A program made the position numbers and the translations under genes. Source: an uncultured Candidatus Micrarchaeota archaeon (lineage in GTDB: Archaea > Micrarchaeota > Micrarchaeia > Anstonellales > Bilamarchaeaceae). From it: 64,000 nucleotides of DNA. The notes under the pieces were generated by a model that worked only from the letters and a program-made list of their open reading frames with translations, did not search any database and was not told where the DNA came from. The DNA is taken from NCBI GenBank assembly GCA_963714085.1, contig OY970229.1, positions 736,001 through 800,000 on the forward strand, written 5' to 3'. Of the stretch, positions 10,244-19,815 are shown piece after piece (position 1 is the first letter of the stretch; every line of letters begins with the position of its first letter).

Positions 10244-10671
10244 AAATAGTCGCTGTTGCAGTTCAGGAGCACGTTCTGCCCCAGCAGCTTCGCCGCTTTC
10301 CTCGGCTTGTCCACCCTCAGCGCGAACACTCCTTCCGATGTCGAAGTGGAGATCGTCGAAAGGTCGTCTATGTTCACCCGGGCCCTTGTCAGCTTTTCCG
10401 TGACTTTCGAGAGGTCGTTGAGGTGGTTTGAGACCTTTATCACTATCGCGTCGAGCGCGGCCGTGTTGTAGCCGTTGCTTTCCAGGATGGTTTTCGCCTT
10501 CTTCGGGTCCCTCACAAGCAAGGATATCACCGCCTTTGCGCCCACGACCTCGATGTTCAGGCTCTCTATGTTCACGCCCGATTTGCCGAGCACATAGGAG
10601 ATATCCGCCATCAAGCCCACCCTGTCTTCCGCGATAACAGTCACCGATTTCATTCCAACACCTTCATTCAT
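10240..10671 (-). CDS. Tandem ACT-domain protein
   Basis: EDRVGLMADISYVLGKSGVNIES is an ACT signature; second ACT-like repeat follows. Confidence 0.85.
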   Translation of the reverse strand: MNEGVGMKSVTVIAEDRVGLMADISYVLGKSGVNIESLNIEVVGAKAVISLLVRDPKKAKTILESNGYNTAALDAIVIKVSNHLNDLSKVTEKLTRARVNIDDLSTISTSTSEGVFALRVDKPRKAAKLLGQNVLLNCNSDYF

Positions 10672-10727
10672 TTTTTTCTCTGGTCAATCTAAACTTTGGT
10701 TTATAAAAGATATATAAAAAATAAATA

Positions 10728-11042
10728 CTAAAGCAGCTGGACCACGTCGCTGCTTATCGAGTCGAGGCTCCTGAAGGCGTCGTAGCACTCATTGCCGCCG
10801 TGCATCAGCGCCCTGACCTTGGCCTTGTTCAAGGCCTTCACTATGCGTACTTTCTCGGTCCTGGAGATGGCCATGCCCTGCTGCCGTAAGATGTTTCTGA
10901 GCCGTGCCGCATTGCCTACAATGTCGGAGCATGCTGACTCGGAGAACTCTGCGGTTTCCAAGGCATCGACCAGGTCGCTCCTTCTTTCAGTCGCGTCCTC
11001 TCCGCCCAACCCAAACAGGTTCTTTATTCCGAACATATCCAT
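10728..11042 (-). CDS. Hypothetical protein
   Basis: 104-aa helical ORF with G-rich RBS and upstream TATA. Confidence 0.65.
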   Translation of the reverse strand: MDMFGIKNLFGLGGEDATERRSDLVDALETAEFSESACSDIVGNAARLRNILRQQGMAISRTEKVRIVKALNKAKVRALMHGGNECYDAFRSLDSISSDVVQLL

Positions 11043-11250
11043 CCCCCCACCAGATACTACTAGGATTAAGGTTGTATATATAGGTTACGCCATATTTCAT
11101 GTGTAAACAAACATTTTCTTATAGTTATTATGCTAAAAAAAACAAGAATTGGACATTATCCGGGAACTCATCGAGGTAAAAGCACCTATGCCTAGCTGTT
11201 ATAACAGCCCGCCCTATCTTTTTTATATCCTTTCCGGCTATTCTAGCCTT

Positions 11251-12135
11251 ATGAGGATTGTAATAGCCGACCAGATGGAAGACGAGGTCGTCGAGGCGAT
11301 AAGGAAACTCGGGATCGTGGAGTATAAGCCGAAGGACCTCCCCGGAGCCGTCACCGGGGCCGATGCCCTGGTCGTGCGCAGTGCGACCAAGGTCACGAAG
11401 GACCTCCTTTCGCACGCGGACAGGCTCAGGCTCGTGGTGCGCGCCGGCGTGGGCCTTGACAACATCGACGTGAGCACCTGCGAAGAGAGAAGTATAAAGG
11501 TCATGAACACGCCCGGCGCATCCACCAACGCCGTTGCGGAGCTCACGTTGGGTCTCATTATCTGCCTGCTGAGGAACGTCGGTAAGGCCCATTTCCAGAT
11601 GAGGAATGGTACCTGGGACAAGAAAGGTCTGATGGGGAAGGAGCTGGCGGGCAGGACGCTCGGGATCGTGGGCTACGGAAGGATAGGCTCCGCCGTGGGG
11701 CATAAAGCCGCAGCCCTGGGCATGAAGATAATCGCCTACAACATTCCGCCAAGGCACGAGGACGGCATCGTGGGATACGTGGAGACCCTGGATGAGCTGC
11801 TCTCGCGATCCGATGTCATCACCCTCCATACCACGCTCACTCCGGAAACGCGGCACATGATAGGCAAAGAGGCGATCTCGAGGATGAGGGACGGCGCTTA
11901 CATCATCAACGCCGCCAGGGGCGGGCTTATCGAAGAGGAAGCGCTTTATCAGGCGTGCAAGAGCGGCAAGATTGCCGGGGCCGCGCTCGATGTCTACGAA
12001 TCCGAGCCCTACACCGGAAAACTCCTCGGGCTGGATAACATCGTTTTCACGCCGCACCTCGGAGCGAGCACGGTCGATGCGCAGGCGAGGATAGGCGACG
12101 AACTGGTCGCGATACTGAAGAAGGAGTTGGGATAG
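11251..12135 (+). CDS. serA: D-3-phosphoglycerate dehydrogenase-like D-2-hydroxyacid dehydrogenase
   Basis: RAGVGLDNID, GYGRIG, NAARG, ALDVYESEP, TPHLGAST; start moved to MRIVIAD after TTTATA box. Confidence 0.8.
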   Translation: MRIVIADQMEDEVVEAIRKLGIVEYKPKDLPGAVTGADALVVRSATKVTKDLLSHADRLRLVVRAGVGLDNIDVSTCEERSIKVMNTPGASTNAVAELTLGLIICLLRNVGKAHFQMRNGTWDKKGLMGKELAGRTLGIVGYGRIGSAVGHKAAALGMKIIAYNIPPRHEDGIVGYVETLDELLSRSDVITLHTTLTPETRHMIGKEAISRMRDGAYIINAARGGLIEEEALYQACKSGKIAGAALDVYESEPYTGKLLGLDNIVFTPHLGASTVDAQARIGDELVAILKKELG

Positions 12136-12146
12136 GAGAAATAGAA

Positions 12147-12812
12147 TCAGCGCAATATTCCTTCTGAGAGAAGCTCGTCCGAGAACGTGCGCTTCTTCTC
12201 CTTCGGCGCCTCCTCTTTCTGTTCCTGCGCCTCTTTCTTCGAGTCCGGATGGGAAGCGCCCTCGATCTCTATTACCTGCGGTTCTGAGGGGGGCGATATC
12301 AGCACGGCCGGTGCGGACTCTCCTTTCGGTTCGGCTGGCGCTGCTTCCGCCGCTTCATCCTCTTCAGCGGTCGTGGTCTCTTCCGCCGGTTCTGGATCCC
12401 CTTCGGTCGCGGTGCCGGCTTCCTCCGTGCCCTCCTCCGCCGGCTCTTCGCCCTCCTCCCCGCCCTTCGTTATCGCATCGTGCGAGAGCACCTTCTTCCG
12501 CATCTTCTTCTCCGGCTTCGGGTCGTCCTTCGCCGCGGCGGCCTTCTTATCATCGCCGTCCTTCCGGGCGAAATCCTGCGCGGCCTTGCCTTTCGGGAAT
12601 GCGGTGACGCCGTGGCATTTTATCGGGAGCCCGAGCTCCTCAGCGAGGCGCAGGAGCTCGGCCGTGGGGAGCTTGTGCTTGCTCACAAGATACGGCACCA
12701 TCCCCCATACGGTCTTCTCGTAGGTCACCTTGAGGACATGGAGCTGCCTGATGCCGCCGACCTTGGCATGCACCTCCACGGAGCCCGTTTTGAGTATCTC
12801 CTCTGTTTTCAT
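12147..12812 (-). CDS. Hypothetical protein with acidic low-complexity C-terminal half
   Basis: Starts 4 nt after NAD kinase stop; globular N-terminal part then E/A/P-rich tail. Confidence 0.65.
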   Translation of the reverse strand: MKTEEILKTGSVEVHAKVGGIRQLHVLKVTYEKTVWGMVPYLVSKHKLPTAELLRLAEELGLPIKCHGVTAFPKGKAAQDFARKDGDDKKAAAAKDDPKPEKKMRKKVLSHDAITKGGEEGEEPAEEGTEEAGTATEGDPEPAEETTTAEEDEAAEAAPAEPKGESAPAVLISPPSEPQVIEIEGASHPDSKKEAQEQKEEAPKEKKRTFSDELLSEGILR

Positions 12813-12816
12813 TCTC

Positions 12817-13539
12817 TCACTTGAGGAACCGGATGGTATTACCTGCGCGCACGAGGACCTTCTCGCCCGCCTTGACATTCCGGATGAATATGCCGTCCAC
12901 GATGAAACCTGATTGCCGGTTGGATTTTATCTCTACCGTTGCGTTGCCCTGGAGCAGGGACGGCTTGAACAGCTGCTTGTAGGGGCAGATGGGAACCACC
13001 ACGATCCTGCGCGAGGCGAGCGGAAGCCTCCTGCCCCCGGCGGAATAGGCGTACGCGTAGGAGCCGGTCGCGGTTGAGACGATTATGCCGTCTGCCTCGA
13101 ACCAGTGGTCCTTGCCGGCCATGCGGACGTCCAGCTCGATCACGCGGTAGTCGTTGGCATGGACCACGAAGTCGTTTATAGCCGAATAACGCATCCTTCC
13201 GCAGCGCGCCTCCAGCATCTGGCGGGATTCCGTACTCGCCTTCCGCATGAGCGGCAGCAGACCCTTCTTCCAGTTCCTCCTCGTGAGCTGGCATATGAAG
13301 GAGCGTTCGCCGCCTATCCCGAGCACATCGCCCTCTATGCGGTTCCGGTGGTTCGCATAGAGTATGGTACCGTCCCCTCCTATGCATATCGTAAGCTCCG
13401 CGCCTTTCACCACGACCCGCTTGCCGGCGGCTCGGAGGTGCCTGCTCACCTGCTTCGCGGTCTCCTTGGCCCAGTGCTTGAGCGGGTTCGCGATGACTTT
13501 CACGGTGCAGTATCCTGTGGCTTTGTTTTTGGAGCGCAT
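12817..13539 (-). CDS. nadK: NAD kinase
   Basis: GGDGT, ND, DGIIVSTATGSYAYAYSAGG motifs. Confidence 0.9.
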   Translation of the reverse strand: MRSKNKATGYCTVKVIANPLKHWAKETAKQVSRHLRAAGKRVVVKGAELTICIGGDGTILYANHRNRIEGDVLGIGGERSFICQLTRRNWKKGLLPLMRKASTESRQMLEARCGRMRYSAINDFVVHANDYRVIELDVRMAGKDHWFEADGIIVSTATGSYAYAYSAGGRRLPLASRRIVVVPICPYKQLFKPSLLQGNATVEIKSNRQSGFIVDGIFIRNVKAGEKVLVRAGNTIRFLK

Positions 13540-13640
13540 TGATGGAAGATTGCTGAGTACGGTTTTAAATGATAACCCTGCGGCTCACAAGGATAAGGAA
13601 AAAATAAATAAAAAGAAAGGGGGGATGGGATGAACGCTCT

Positions 13641-14720
13641 TCAGCCCAGGACTTCGAGGTCACCGTAGGTCTGGGGGAGGGCCGACGGCTCCTCCTCGCT
13701 GTAGGAGCTCCCTGCTATGGAAGCGCCCTTCACGCCCGTGACGATGGCCACGATCTCCAGCTTGCCCTCGTAGTTCTGCATTATCCTGGCGCCCCATTTC
13801 ACGTTGGCCTCGGCGTCCATCTTCTCGGTGATCATCTCACCGGCTTTGATGGCATCACCGAGCGTGAGGTCCGAGCCGCCGGTTATGTGGATGAGCGCGC
13901 CCTTTGCGCCCTCGAAGTCCACGTCGAGCAGCCTGTTCTTTATGACACCCTCGGAAGCTGCGCGCACCTTGTCCGTGCCCTTGCCCTCGCCGACCGCGAT
14001 GAAGCCCACGCCTCCGCCTTCCATGATGGAGCGGACATCAGCGAAGTCGATGTTGATGAGCGACGGCTGTGTGATCGTCCATACGAGGCCTGATATCGCC
14101 CTTGCGAGGATCTCGTCAGCGACCGCGAACGCTTCCGCCATCGGCAGGTTCGGGACCAACTGGACCAGCCTGTTGTTGTCGAGGATGATCACCGAGTCGC
14201 AGCTCTTCTTGAGCTTGCCGATGCCCTCGTCGGCCTTCTTCTTCCTCGCCCTTTCCAGCGAGAACGGGTAGGTCACCATCGAGACGACGATAGCGCCCTG
14301 CTCCTTGGCTATCTGCGCCACGACCGGAGCGGCACCACCACCGGTTCCTCCGCCCATGCCCGCGCATATGAACACCAGGTGAGCGCCTTCCAGCTCCTTC
14401 TCAATGAGCGGCCTGTCCACCTCAGCGGATTTGGCGCCCACGTCCGGGTAGCCTCCTGCGCCGAGGCCTTTGGTCACCGAGCGGCCTATGAGCACCTTCT
14501 TCGCCCTCTCGTGGACGATGTTCAGGTGCTGCTTGTCCGTGTTTATGGCGACGAGTTCCGTGCCTTTGACGCCAGACTTTATCAGCCTGTTTATGGTGTT
14601 GTTGCCAGCGCCACCGACACCCACAGTCACGATCTTTATCGTCTCAGAGCTGAGCGATTCGCTCGTGCTGGATTCTTCCACAACGCTTTCCCCCATAACT
14701 GATTTCACAAGGTCTTCCAT
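13641..14720 (-). CDS. ftsZ: Cell division protein FtsZ
   Basis: GVGGAGNN, AINTD, GMGGGTGGG, NIDFADV; start chosen after AGGTGG RBS. Confidence 0.95.
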   Translation of the reverse strand: MEDLVKSVMGESVVEESSTSESLSSETIKIVTVGVGGAGNNTINRLIKSGVKGTELVAINTDKQHLNIVHERAKKVLIGRSVTKGLGAGGYPDVGAKSAEVDRPLIEKELEGAHLVFICAGMGGGTGGGAAPVVAQIAKEQGAIVVSMVTYPFSLERARKKKADEGIGKLKKSCDSVIILDNNRLVQLVPNLPMAEAFAVADEILARAISGLVWTITQPSLINIDFADVRSIMEGGGVGFIAVGEGKGTDKVRAASEGVIKNRLLDVDFEGAKGALIHITGGSDLTLGDAIKAGEMITEKMDAEANVKWGARIMQNYEGKLEIVAIVTGVKGASIAGSSYSEEEPSALPQTYGDLEVLG

Positions 14721-14940
14721 GTTTCCACCTTTTTGGTCACCCAATTTACCCAAATTCTGCACCATTATCGGGCTTTCATACCCATGATTTTTCGGGAGGA
14801 TTTTGGGTACGCAATGCTTGGACTTTTCCGCATTTAAATACTTGAGCGTTTACGCCTGAGCAATTGCGCCGTGTCAGAGGCGGTATTACCACAACAGACC
14901 GTCCGAAGGGGTAAATCATATAAATGTATTTAGTGAATGC

Positions 14941-15183
14941 ATGCACATGGTACGCGTGATAACGATAATGGACGACGTGTATGCCGAATTGTACAAGCTC
15001 AAGACATCCAAGGCGATGTCATTCTCGGAAGTGATGCGCTACCTCCTGCACGAGCGCTCCAAGGAGGGCAGGTCCATAATCGGCCTTGCGGGCAGCGTGA
15101 ACGAGGCGGACATAGACAGGAGAGCCGTGAGCATGATAAGGAGGGGAAGGGGCGTGCTCGGCTGGAAGAGCATGTCTGACTGA
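14941..15183 (+). CDS. vapB: Archaeal VapB-type antitoxin
   Basis: ITIMDDVYAELYKLK...SFSEVMRYLL pattern; upstream of PIN gene. Confidence 0.8.
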   Translation: MHMVRVITIMDDVYAELYKLKTSKAMSFSEVMRYLLHERSKEGRSIIGLAGSVNEADIDRRAVSMIRRGRGVLGWKSMSD

Positions 15184-15193
15184 AGGTGCTTTG

Positions 15194-15562
15194 ATGGAGA
15201 AGATATGTCTGGATTTCGAAGCGGCCCTGGATTTCCTGCGGGGCGAGACGGCCACCATCGAGAAGATAAGATGGTACGCCGACAGGGAGGACCTGTGCAT
15301 CACTGCTTTCAGCGTCGCGCACCTAATGGAAGCTATCAAGAAACCGGACTTGGTGAGCAGGTTCACGAACTCCGTGACCGTCCTTCCGTTCGACAAGAAA
15401 TGCGCGGACATCCTCTGCAGGCTCATCGATGAGGCGCGGGAGCGCCAGCTCAAGACCATGGATCATCTTGTCACAGCGTCGATATGCATGGCCAACGACG
15501 CGTTCCTTTTCACCAGGTCGCCTGCGAACTACGAGGGCATAAAGGGACTTAGAAGAGTCTAG
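15194..15562 (+). CDS. vapC: PIN-domain VapC-like protein with degenerate active site
   Basis: CLD...DFLRG, VLPFD and LFTR...IKGL fit the PIN pattern. Confidence 0.75.
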   Translation: MEKICLDFEAALDFLRGETATIEKIRWYADREDLCITAFSVAHLMEAIKKPDLVSRFTNSVTVLPFDKKCADILCRLIDEARERQLKTMDHLVTASICMANDAFLFTRSPANYEGIKGLRRV

Positions 15563-16317
15563 TGCGGCCTGCGCACCTGATGTGGCATGCCGTCCTCAGG
15601 AATCCAGGTGATCGTATTATCTGGCGACGGGCTGCGTTGCGCTGCTCTGGCTACCTCCGCGGGAAGCAGGGTCTCGGTTCTTCCAATCACCCTGTCCAGC
15701 TCATCCAGCTTGGCCGGAGGGAGTGTTAGCGTGAACCACCACAAGGCGAGCTGCCCGTCCGAGGTGAATAGGCCGAATGCTCTGCTAAGATGCTCGCGCC
15801 TGCATATGGCGTCGCTTTTTTCATATCTGTTGTCATGAACCGCGATCGCCTCGTCAAGAGCCGCGGCATTTTTCTTCCCCAGCTCCCTGGCGCCCCACCT
15901 CAGCGGAATCTTCTGAAACGGTTTGGCGTCGTCCACCAGCTTCCTGAGGTTTTCGAATTCTCTTGGGGTGCACATCTTGTCCAGCTCATCCAGCTTGTCC
16001 TGACGGAATCTCGCAGAGAACAACAGCAAGGCGAACCTCTCCTCCGGACTGGATACGGCGAACATGTCGTGAATATGCGGGCGCCTGCGTATGGCGTCGG
16101 ATTCTTTATCTTCGGTTTTCAGGCTCGCAATCTGCCGATCGAGGCTTGCAAGGTCGCCTGGCAAAAGCTGCACGGCGCCCCAGCCCAGCGCGCGCCGCTG
16201 TAACGGCTTGGCTCGGTCCACCAGCGTCCAGACGTGCGTGAATCTTGTTGGAACGGGATTTCGAGGGGGGCGCGTTTGCTCTGCCATTCTTTGATGTAAA
16301 AGCCGTTCGTCTGCCAT
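15559..16317 (-). CDS. Hypothetical protein with two copies of an ~88-aa domain
   Basis: Internal duplication LVDxAKPxQ...WGA...SDAIxRRxH...KLDELD. Confidence 0.75.
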   Translation of the reverse strand: MADERLLHQRMAEQTRPPRNPVPTRFTHVWTLVDRAKPLQRRALGWGAVQLLPGDLASLDRQIASLKTEDKESDAIRRRPHIHDMFAVSSPEERFALLLFSARFRQDKLDELDKMCTPREFENLRKLVDDAKPFQKIPLRWGARELGKKNAAALDEAIAVHDNRYEKSDAICRREHLSRAFGLFTSDGQLALWWFTLTLPPAKLDELDRVIGRTETLLPAEVARAAQRSPSPDNTITWIPEDGMPHQVRRPH

Positions 16318-16374
16318 TCCATCACTTTTATAACGTAGTCCGCAAAGTTTTAATTAGTTCTAGTCCCGCGGTGC

Positions 16375-17316
16375 TTAGGCAGAGTTCGGTCTGACAAGCC
16401 GTTTGAGTTCCTCCAGGATACTCAACTGCTCGGGAAGGTTGCGGGCCTGCGCGATTTTTATCCCCTGGCCGTAATCGCCGTTCTGTAGGCAGGCCTCTAT
16501 CGCTTCTAAAGACGCCTTTGCCAATTGGTCGGGACCGACCAGTGGGGAGGCTAACCGCATGATCGTTTCGAGCCTTGCTTGGATTTTTCTCTGTGCCTGG
16601 TCGATGGTGTAGCCGTGGGGCATCTTGCCTTCAGAGTATTCGGCTGCCATGCGGATCAGATATGTGAGCGCCGGGATGTACACCCGCTCAATTTGCTCGC
16701 ATTTAAGACGTGAATCATCATGAAGGCTGGTTTTTTCGCCAAGCAGTATGATGGCGCCGAGGTCTTTCATGTGCATGATACGCAGTTCTGCTCTGCTCGG
16801 TTCTCTGGGCAGCAAAAGAGGGGCCAGACTGTCGTAAGTGAACACCACCAAGAGATCTTTATTTATGACCTCGTCTGGCGCAAAGCTGTGCTGCACGCCG
16901 TGTTGAGTGTAATATGGCGCGAAACAGCTGAGTCTTAGGAGCTGCTCGCAAAGCTTGATTCTGCTGCCGAGGTACTCCTCGTACTTTGAAGCCACGAGAT
17001 CATCCCTGCCCACCGCATGGGCTTCCGCTTTAAAATCGGATAGTTCCGCCTGGAATAAACGCGGCTCGTCTCTGATGCGCTTAAACATGGAAGCCAGATC
17101 TGGAGCGCGGGCATCTTGGCGGCATTGGGCTGCCATCTCTATGAATCGCGCCTGCTCTACCCTTATCCCGAGTTCTCCGGCGATGTGCGCGCATAGCCTG
17201 TTTCTGTCCAGAGCGGGCAATTTGTTCATCACCGCAGCTCCGCCAGTCCTCTTGGAAACGCTACTTTTGTCAAGTGCATCGATTGTTAGGAATCCCATGA
17301 AGATATGATGTTGCAA
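16375..17316 (-). CDS. Hypothetical helical protein (start uncertain)
   Basis: 313-aa ORF with atypical codon use. Confidence 0.6.
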   Translation of the reverse strand: MQHHIFMGFLTIDALDKSSVSKRTGGAAVMNKLPALDRNRLCAHIAGELGIRVEQARFIEMAAQCRQDARAPDLASMFKRIRDEPRLFQAELSDFKAEAHAVGRDDLVASKYEEYLGSRIKLCEQLLRLSCFAPYYTQHGVQHSFAPDEVINKDLLVVFTYDSLAPLLLPREPSRAELRIMHMKDLGAIILLGEKTSLHDDSRLKCEQIERVYIPALTYLIRMAAEYSEGKMPHGYTIDQAQRKIQARLETIMRLASPLVGPDQLAKASLEAIEACLQNGDYGQGIKIAQARNLPEQLSILEELKRLVRPNSA

Positions 17317-17390
17317 AAAGAATAAAAATAGGAGCGTTTGGGTTGCTTCAGCGCGTGAGAGGAACGCGCATGCTGCATCAAAAGCGCTCG

Positions 17391-17777
17391 CTACGTGTGC
17401 GCTTCATGTTCAGCAGGCGCTAGCGGCTTGCGACCTGGTGCGGGCTTGCTTTGAGCCAAGGCACTTTGCCCGACCATTTTGTCCAGTTGAGCGACCTCGT
17501 CTGGCTTGAGTTTGGCTGCCATCCACAAGATTACGGCTCTCTGTCTAGGGGTGGCGGAACGGAGCACGGTGTCCATGTGCTGGCATTTTGACATTGCTTC
17601 GGATGTTTCAGGCTTCACGGTATCATTCGTGATGTTTGCTTCCAGCGCAGCGAGATTGTAAGGCTCAAGGTGCCGGGCTTCCCACCTGAGAGTAGCCTTC
17701 TGGAGCGGCGGGGCCGCATCCACTAATTTTCGTAGGTTTGGGGACGTTCTCCTGTTAGGAGCATGTGTTTCTGCCAT
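17391..17777 (-). CDS. Hypothetical protein with one copy of the same ~88-aa domain
   Basis: MAETHAP... aligns with both repeats of 15559-16317; the longer ORF call overlaps purQ antisense. Confidence 0.7.
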   Translation of the reverse strand: MAETHAPNRRTSPNLRKLVDAAPPLQKATLRWEARHLEPYNLAALEANITNDTVKPETSEAMSKCQHMDTVLRSATPRQRAVILWMAAKLKPDEVAQLDKMVGQSALAQSKPAPGRKPLAPAEHEAHT

Positions 17778-17840
17778 TTGAATCACTGTACTATCATATA
17801 TTCGCAAACCTTTAACTCTTTTTCCTTCCAAGAACATCCC

Positions 17841-18611
17841 ATGCAACTGAAGACGCTGGTGCTCTCCGGCTATGGCATAAACTGCGAAGCCGAGTCGAAA
17901 TACTGCGTGGAGAACGCGGGCGGCGTCGCTGACATCGTCCATGTGAACAGACTGGTCGAGAACCCCAAGATGCTCGAGAGTTACAATATGCTCTTCATAC
18001 CCGGGGGATTCTCGTTCGGGGATGATTTGGGCTCGGGCAAGGTGCTCGCGAACAGGATCAAGTTCCGCATCGCGGACAGTCTCCTGGATTTCGCGAAGCA
18101 GGGGAAACTCGTGCTCGGCGTGTGCAACGGGTTCCAGGTCCTCGTGAAGATGGGCCTGCTCCCGGAGCCGGATTTCCATCAGCGCGTCACGCTCACGTTC
18201 AACGATTCTGGGCACTTCGAGGACCGCTGGGTCGCGCTGAAGGCGAACGAGCGCTCCCCGTGCGTTTTCACCAAGGGGTTGAAAACCATCCTGCTGCCGG
18301 TCAGGCACGGGGAAGGAAAGTTCGTGGCCGAGAGCAGCGAGACGCTCAGGTCATTGGTGGACAACGAGCAGGTCTGCCTCCAGTACGTGGATGAGAAGGG
18401 AGGGCTGGGCGGCTACCCATACAATCCGAACGGCTCGCAGCTGAACATAGCCGGCATATGCGACAAATCAGGCCGCATCTTCGGGACCATGCCGCATCCT
18501 GAGGCCTTCAACACCGTGCAGAACTGCCCCTACTGGAGCACCGGATTCATAAAAGAAGCCCAAGGGCTGCGCGTCTTCAGGAACGCAGCAGAGTATTGGA
18601 AAGATAAATAA
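17841..18611 (+). CDS. purQ: FGAM synthase glutaminase subunit
   Basis: GINCE, PGGFSFGDDL, GVCNGFQ, HGEG, MPHPE. Confidence 0.95.
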   Translation: MQLKTLVLSGYGINCEAESKYCVENAGGVADIVHVNRLVENPKMLESYNMLFIPGGFSFGDDLGSGKVLANRIKFRIADSLLDFAKQGKLVLGVCNGFQVLVKMGLLPEPDFHQRVTLTFNDSGHFEDRWVALKANERSPCVFTKGLKTILLPVRHGEGKFVAESSETLRSLVDNEQVCLQYVDEKGGLGGYPYNPNGSQLNIAGICDKSGRIFGTMPHPEAFNTVQNCPYWSTGFIKEAQGLRVFRNAAEYWKDK

Positions 18612-18624
18612 GAAAAAAATAGTT

Positions 18625-18882
18625 CTATTTCTTGCCCGAGCAGATGACCGCTTTCACGATCAGCACGACGCCGAGCAGTATGAGCAGTATCGGCCAGCCC
18701 GATGCTACAGTGCCCACCCACGAGAATCCCGGCACCACACCCATGGTGAAGGGCAGGGATACTATGCCCAAAGATGCGATTATGTACCCTGGCACGTGCG
18801 CATGCGGATGATTGCAACTGCCGCAATAGCATGACTTGGCTGCGTTCTTTACTGCTTTCGATCTCTTTTTCCTGGTCACCAC
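18625..18882 (-). CDS. Small membrane protein with Cys/His-rich N-terminus
   Basis: CYCGSCNHPHAH then two TM helices; GGTGAT RBS before GTG codons. Confidence 0.6.
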   Translation of the reverse strand: MVTRKKRSKAVKNAAKSCYCGSCNHPHAHVPGYIIASLGIVSLPFTMGVVPGFSWVGTVASGWPILLILLGVVLIVKAVICSGKK

Positions 18883-18969
18883 ATCACCCCACATAAATAC
18901 TCTTATACACATTATTATTTTGATGGGAAAGGTTATTAAATGTTCTGAAAACTGTGCGGTGCGGTTTTA

Positions 18970-19443
18970 TCACATGCTCGAAGAGAAGATAAGGATGGCC
19001 GCAGGCACCAGCAGCCCTAGGAAAAGCATGTAGAACACCGTGTGCACGAGGTCGAGGAGCATGTGCAGCATGAACACGTGCGGCTCGTGCTTCGCGTCCA
19101 TGCGGTTGAACAGCCGGCCCAGGTATGCCAGGAGAAGGACCACCGGCAGGCCGAGGAGCCCTCCTGCGAGGAGAAGGCCATAATCGTGGGACAGCGCCAG
19201 GGGCGCCAGCCTGTACATGTTGAGGAGCAGGAACACGAATGAGGCGAGCCCGACCACGAGCGCAGCGATGTCCACGGCCTTCCCGTACCCGGGATACAAC
19301 CCCTTGGTCACGTCGTCGTCCAGTATCTTGAAGAAACGCGGCGCTTCCCAGATGACGAATGTGATCAGGAAAAGCACGGCTGCGGATGCCAGCCCGTCGA
19401 ATGTGAGGTACTGCAGGACGTAGAAGACGATGTCGAATGCCAT
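18970..19443 (-). CDS. Multi-pass membrane protein
   Basis: Four hydrophobic segments. Confidence 0.75.
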   Translation of the reverse strand: MAFDIVFYVLQYLTFDGLASAAVLFLITFVIWEAPRFFKILDDDVTKGLYPGYGKAVDIAALVVGLASFVFLLLNMYRLAPLALSHDYGLLLAGGLLGLPVVLLLAYLGRLFNRMDAKHEPHVFMLHMLLDLVHTVFYMLFLGLLVPAAILIFSSSM

Positions 19444-19509
19444 GCTTTGAGGTTGTCGGTCGGGATTTAAAATGCTTTTTATGGACTTGGTATATGTGGA
19501 GGCGATATT

Positions 19510-19746
19510 TTGAAGACAAACAAGCCGTTGATTTTCCTGAACGACGACTGCGATTGGTGCAAGGAGACGAAGAAGCTGCTTGACAGCGTCGGTGCGGACT
19601 ATGTCGCCCTGGATGTGCGGACCAACCCCATCGCGAAGGCGGTCGCAAGGAAGGCATGCGAAGGCCGCGAAGTGTGCATGCTGCTCAAGGGCGAAGTGAT
19701 CACAAAGTTCGACAAGAGGAAGATAGCCGACGCCATCCTGGACTAA
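19510..19746 (+). CDS. Glutaredoxin-like protein
   Basis: CDWC motif in a 78-aa glutaredoxin-like pattern; GGAGG RBS. Confidence 0.75.
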   Translation: MKTNKPLIFLNDDCDWCKETKKLLDSVGADYVALDVRTNPIAKAVARKACEGREVCMLLKGEVITKFDKRKIADAILD

Positions 19747-19815
19747 CGAAGCCCGCTTGTGCGATTGACGTAATGCTTTAAAACAGTTGGCTGGCTATTC
19801 TAGCTGGGAACGACG

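Noticed and set aside
11130..11197. Possible 21-aa ORF (MLKKTRIGHYPGTHRGKSTYA) or minus-strand sRNA with patches complementary to 23S near 2430-2449
   Set aside because: No convincing C/D or H/ACA boxes; matches are short enough to be chance; no RBS support
17332..17389. Long imperfect hairpin between orphan genes
   Set aside because: Lies right after a stop codon and before a T-rich tract, so most simply a 3' end structure
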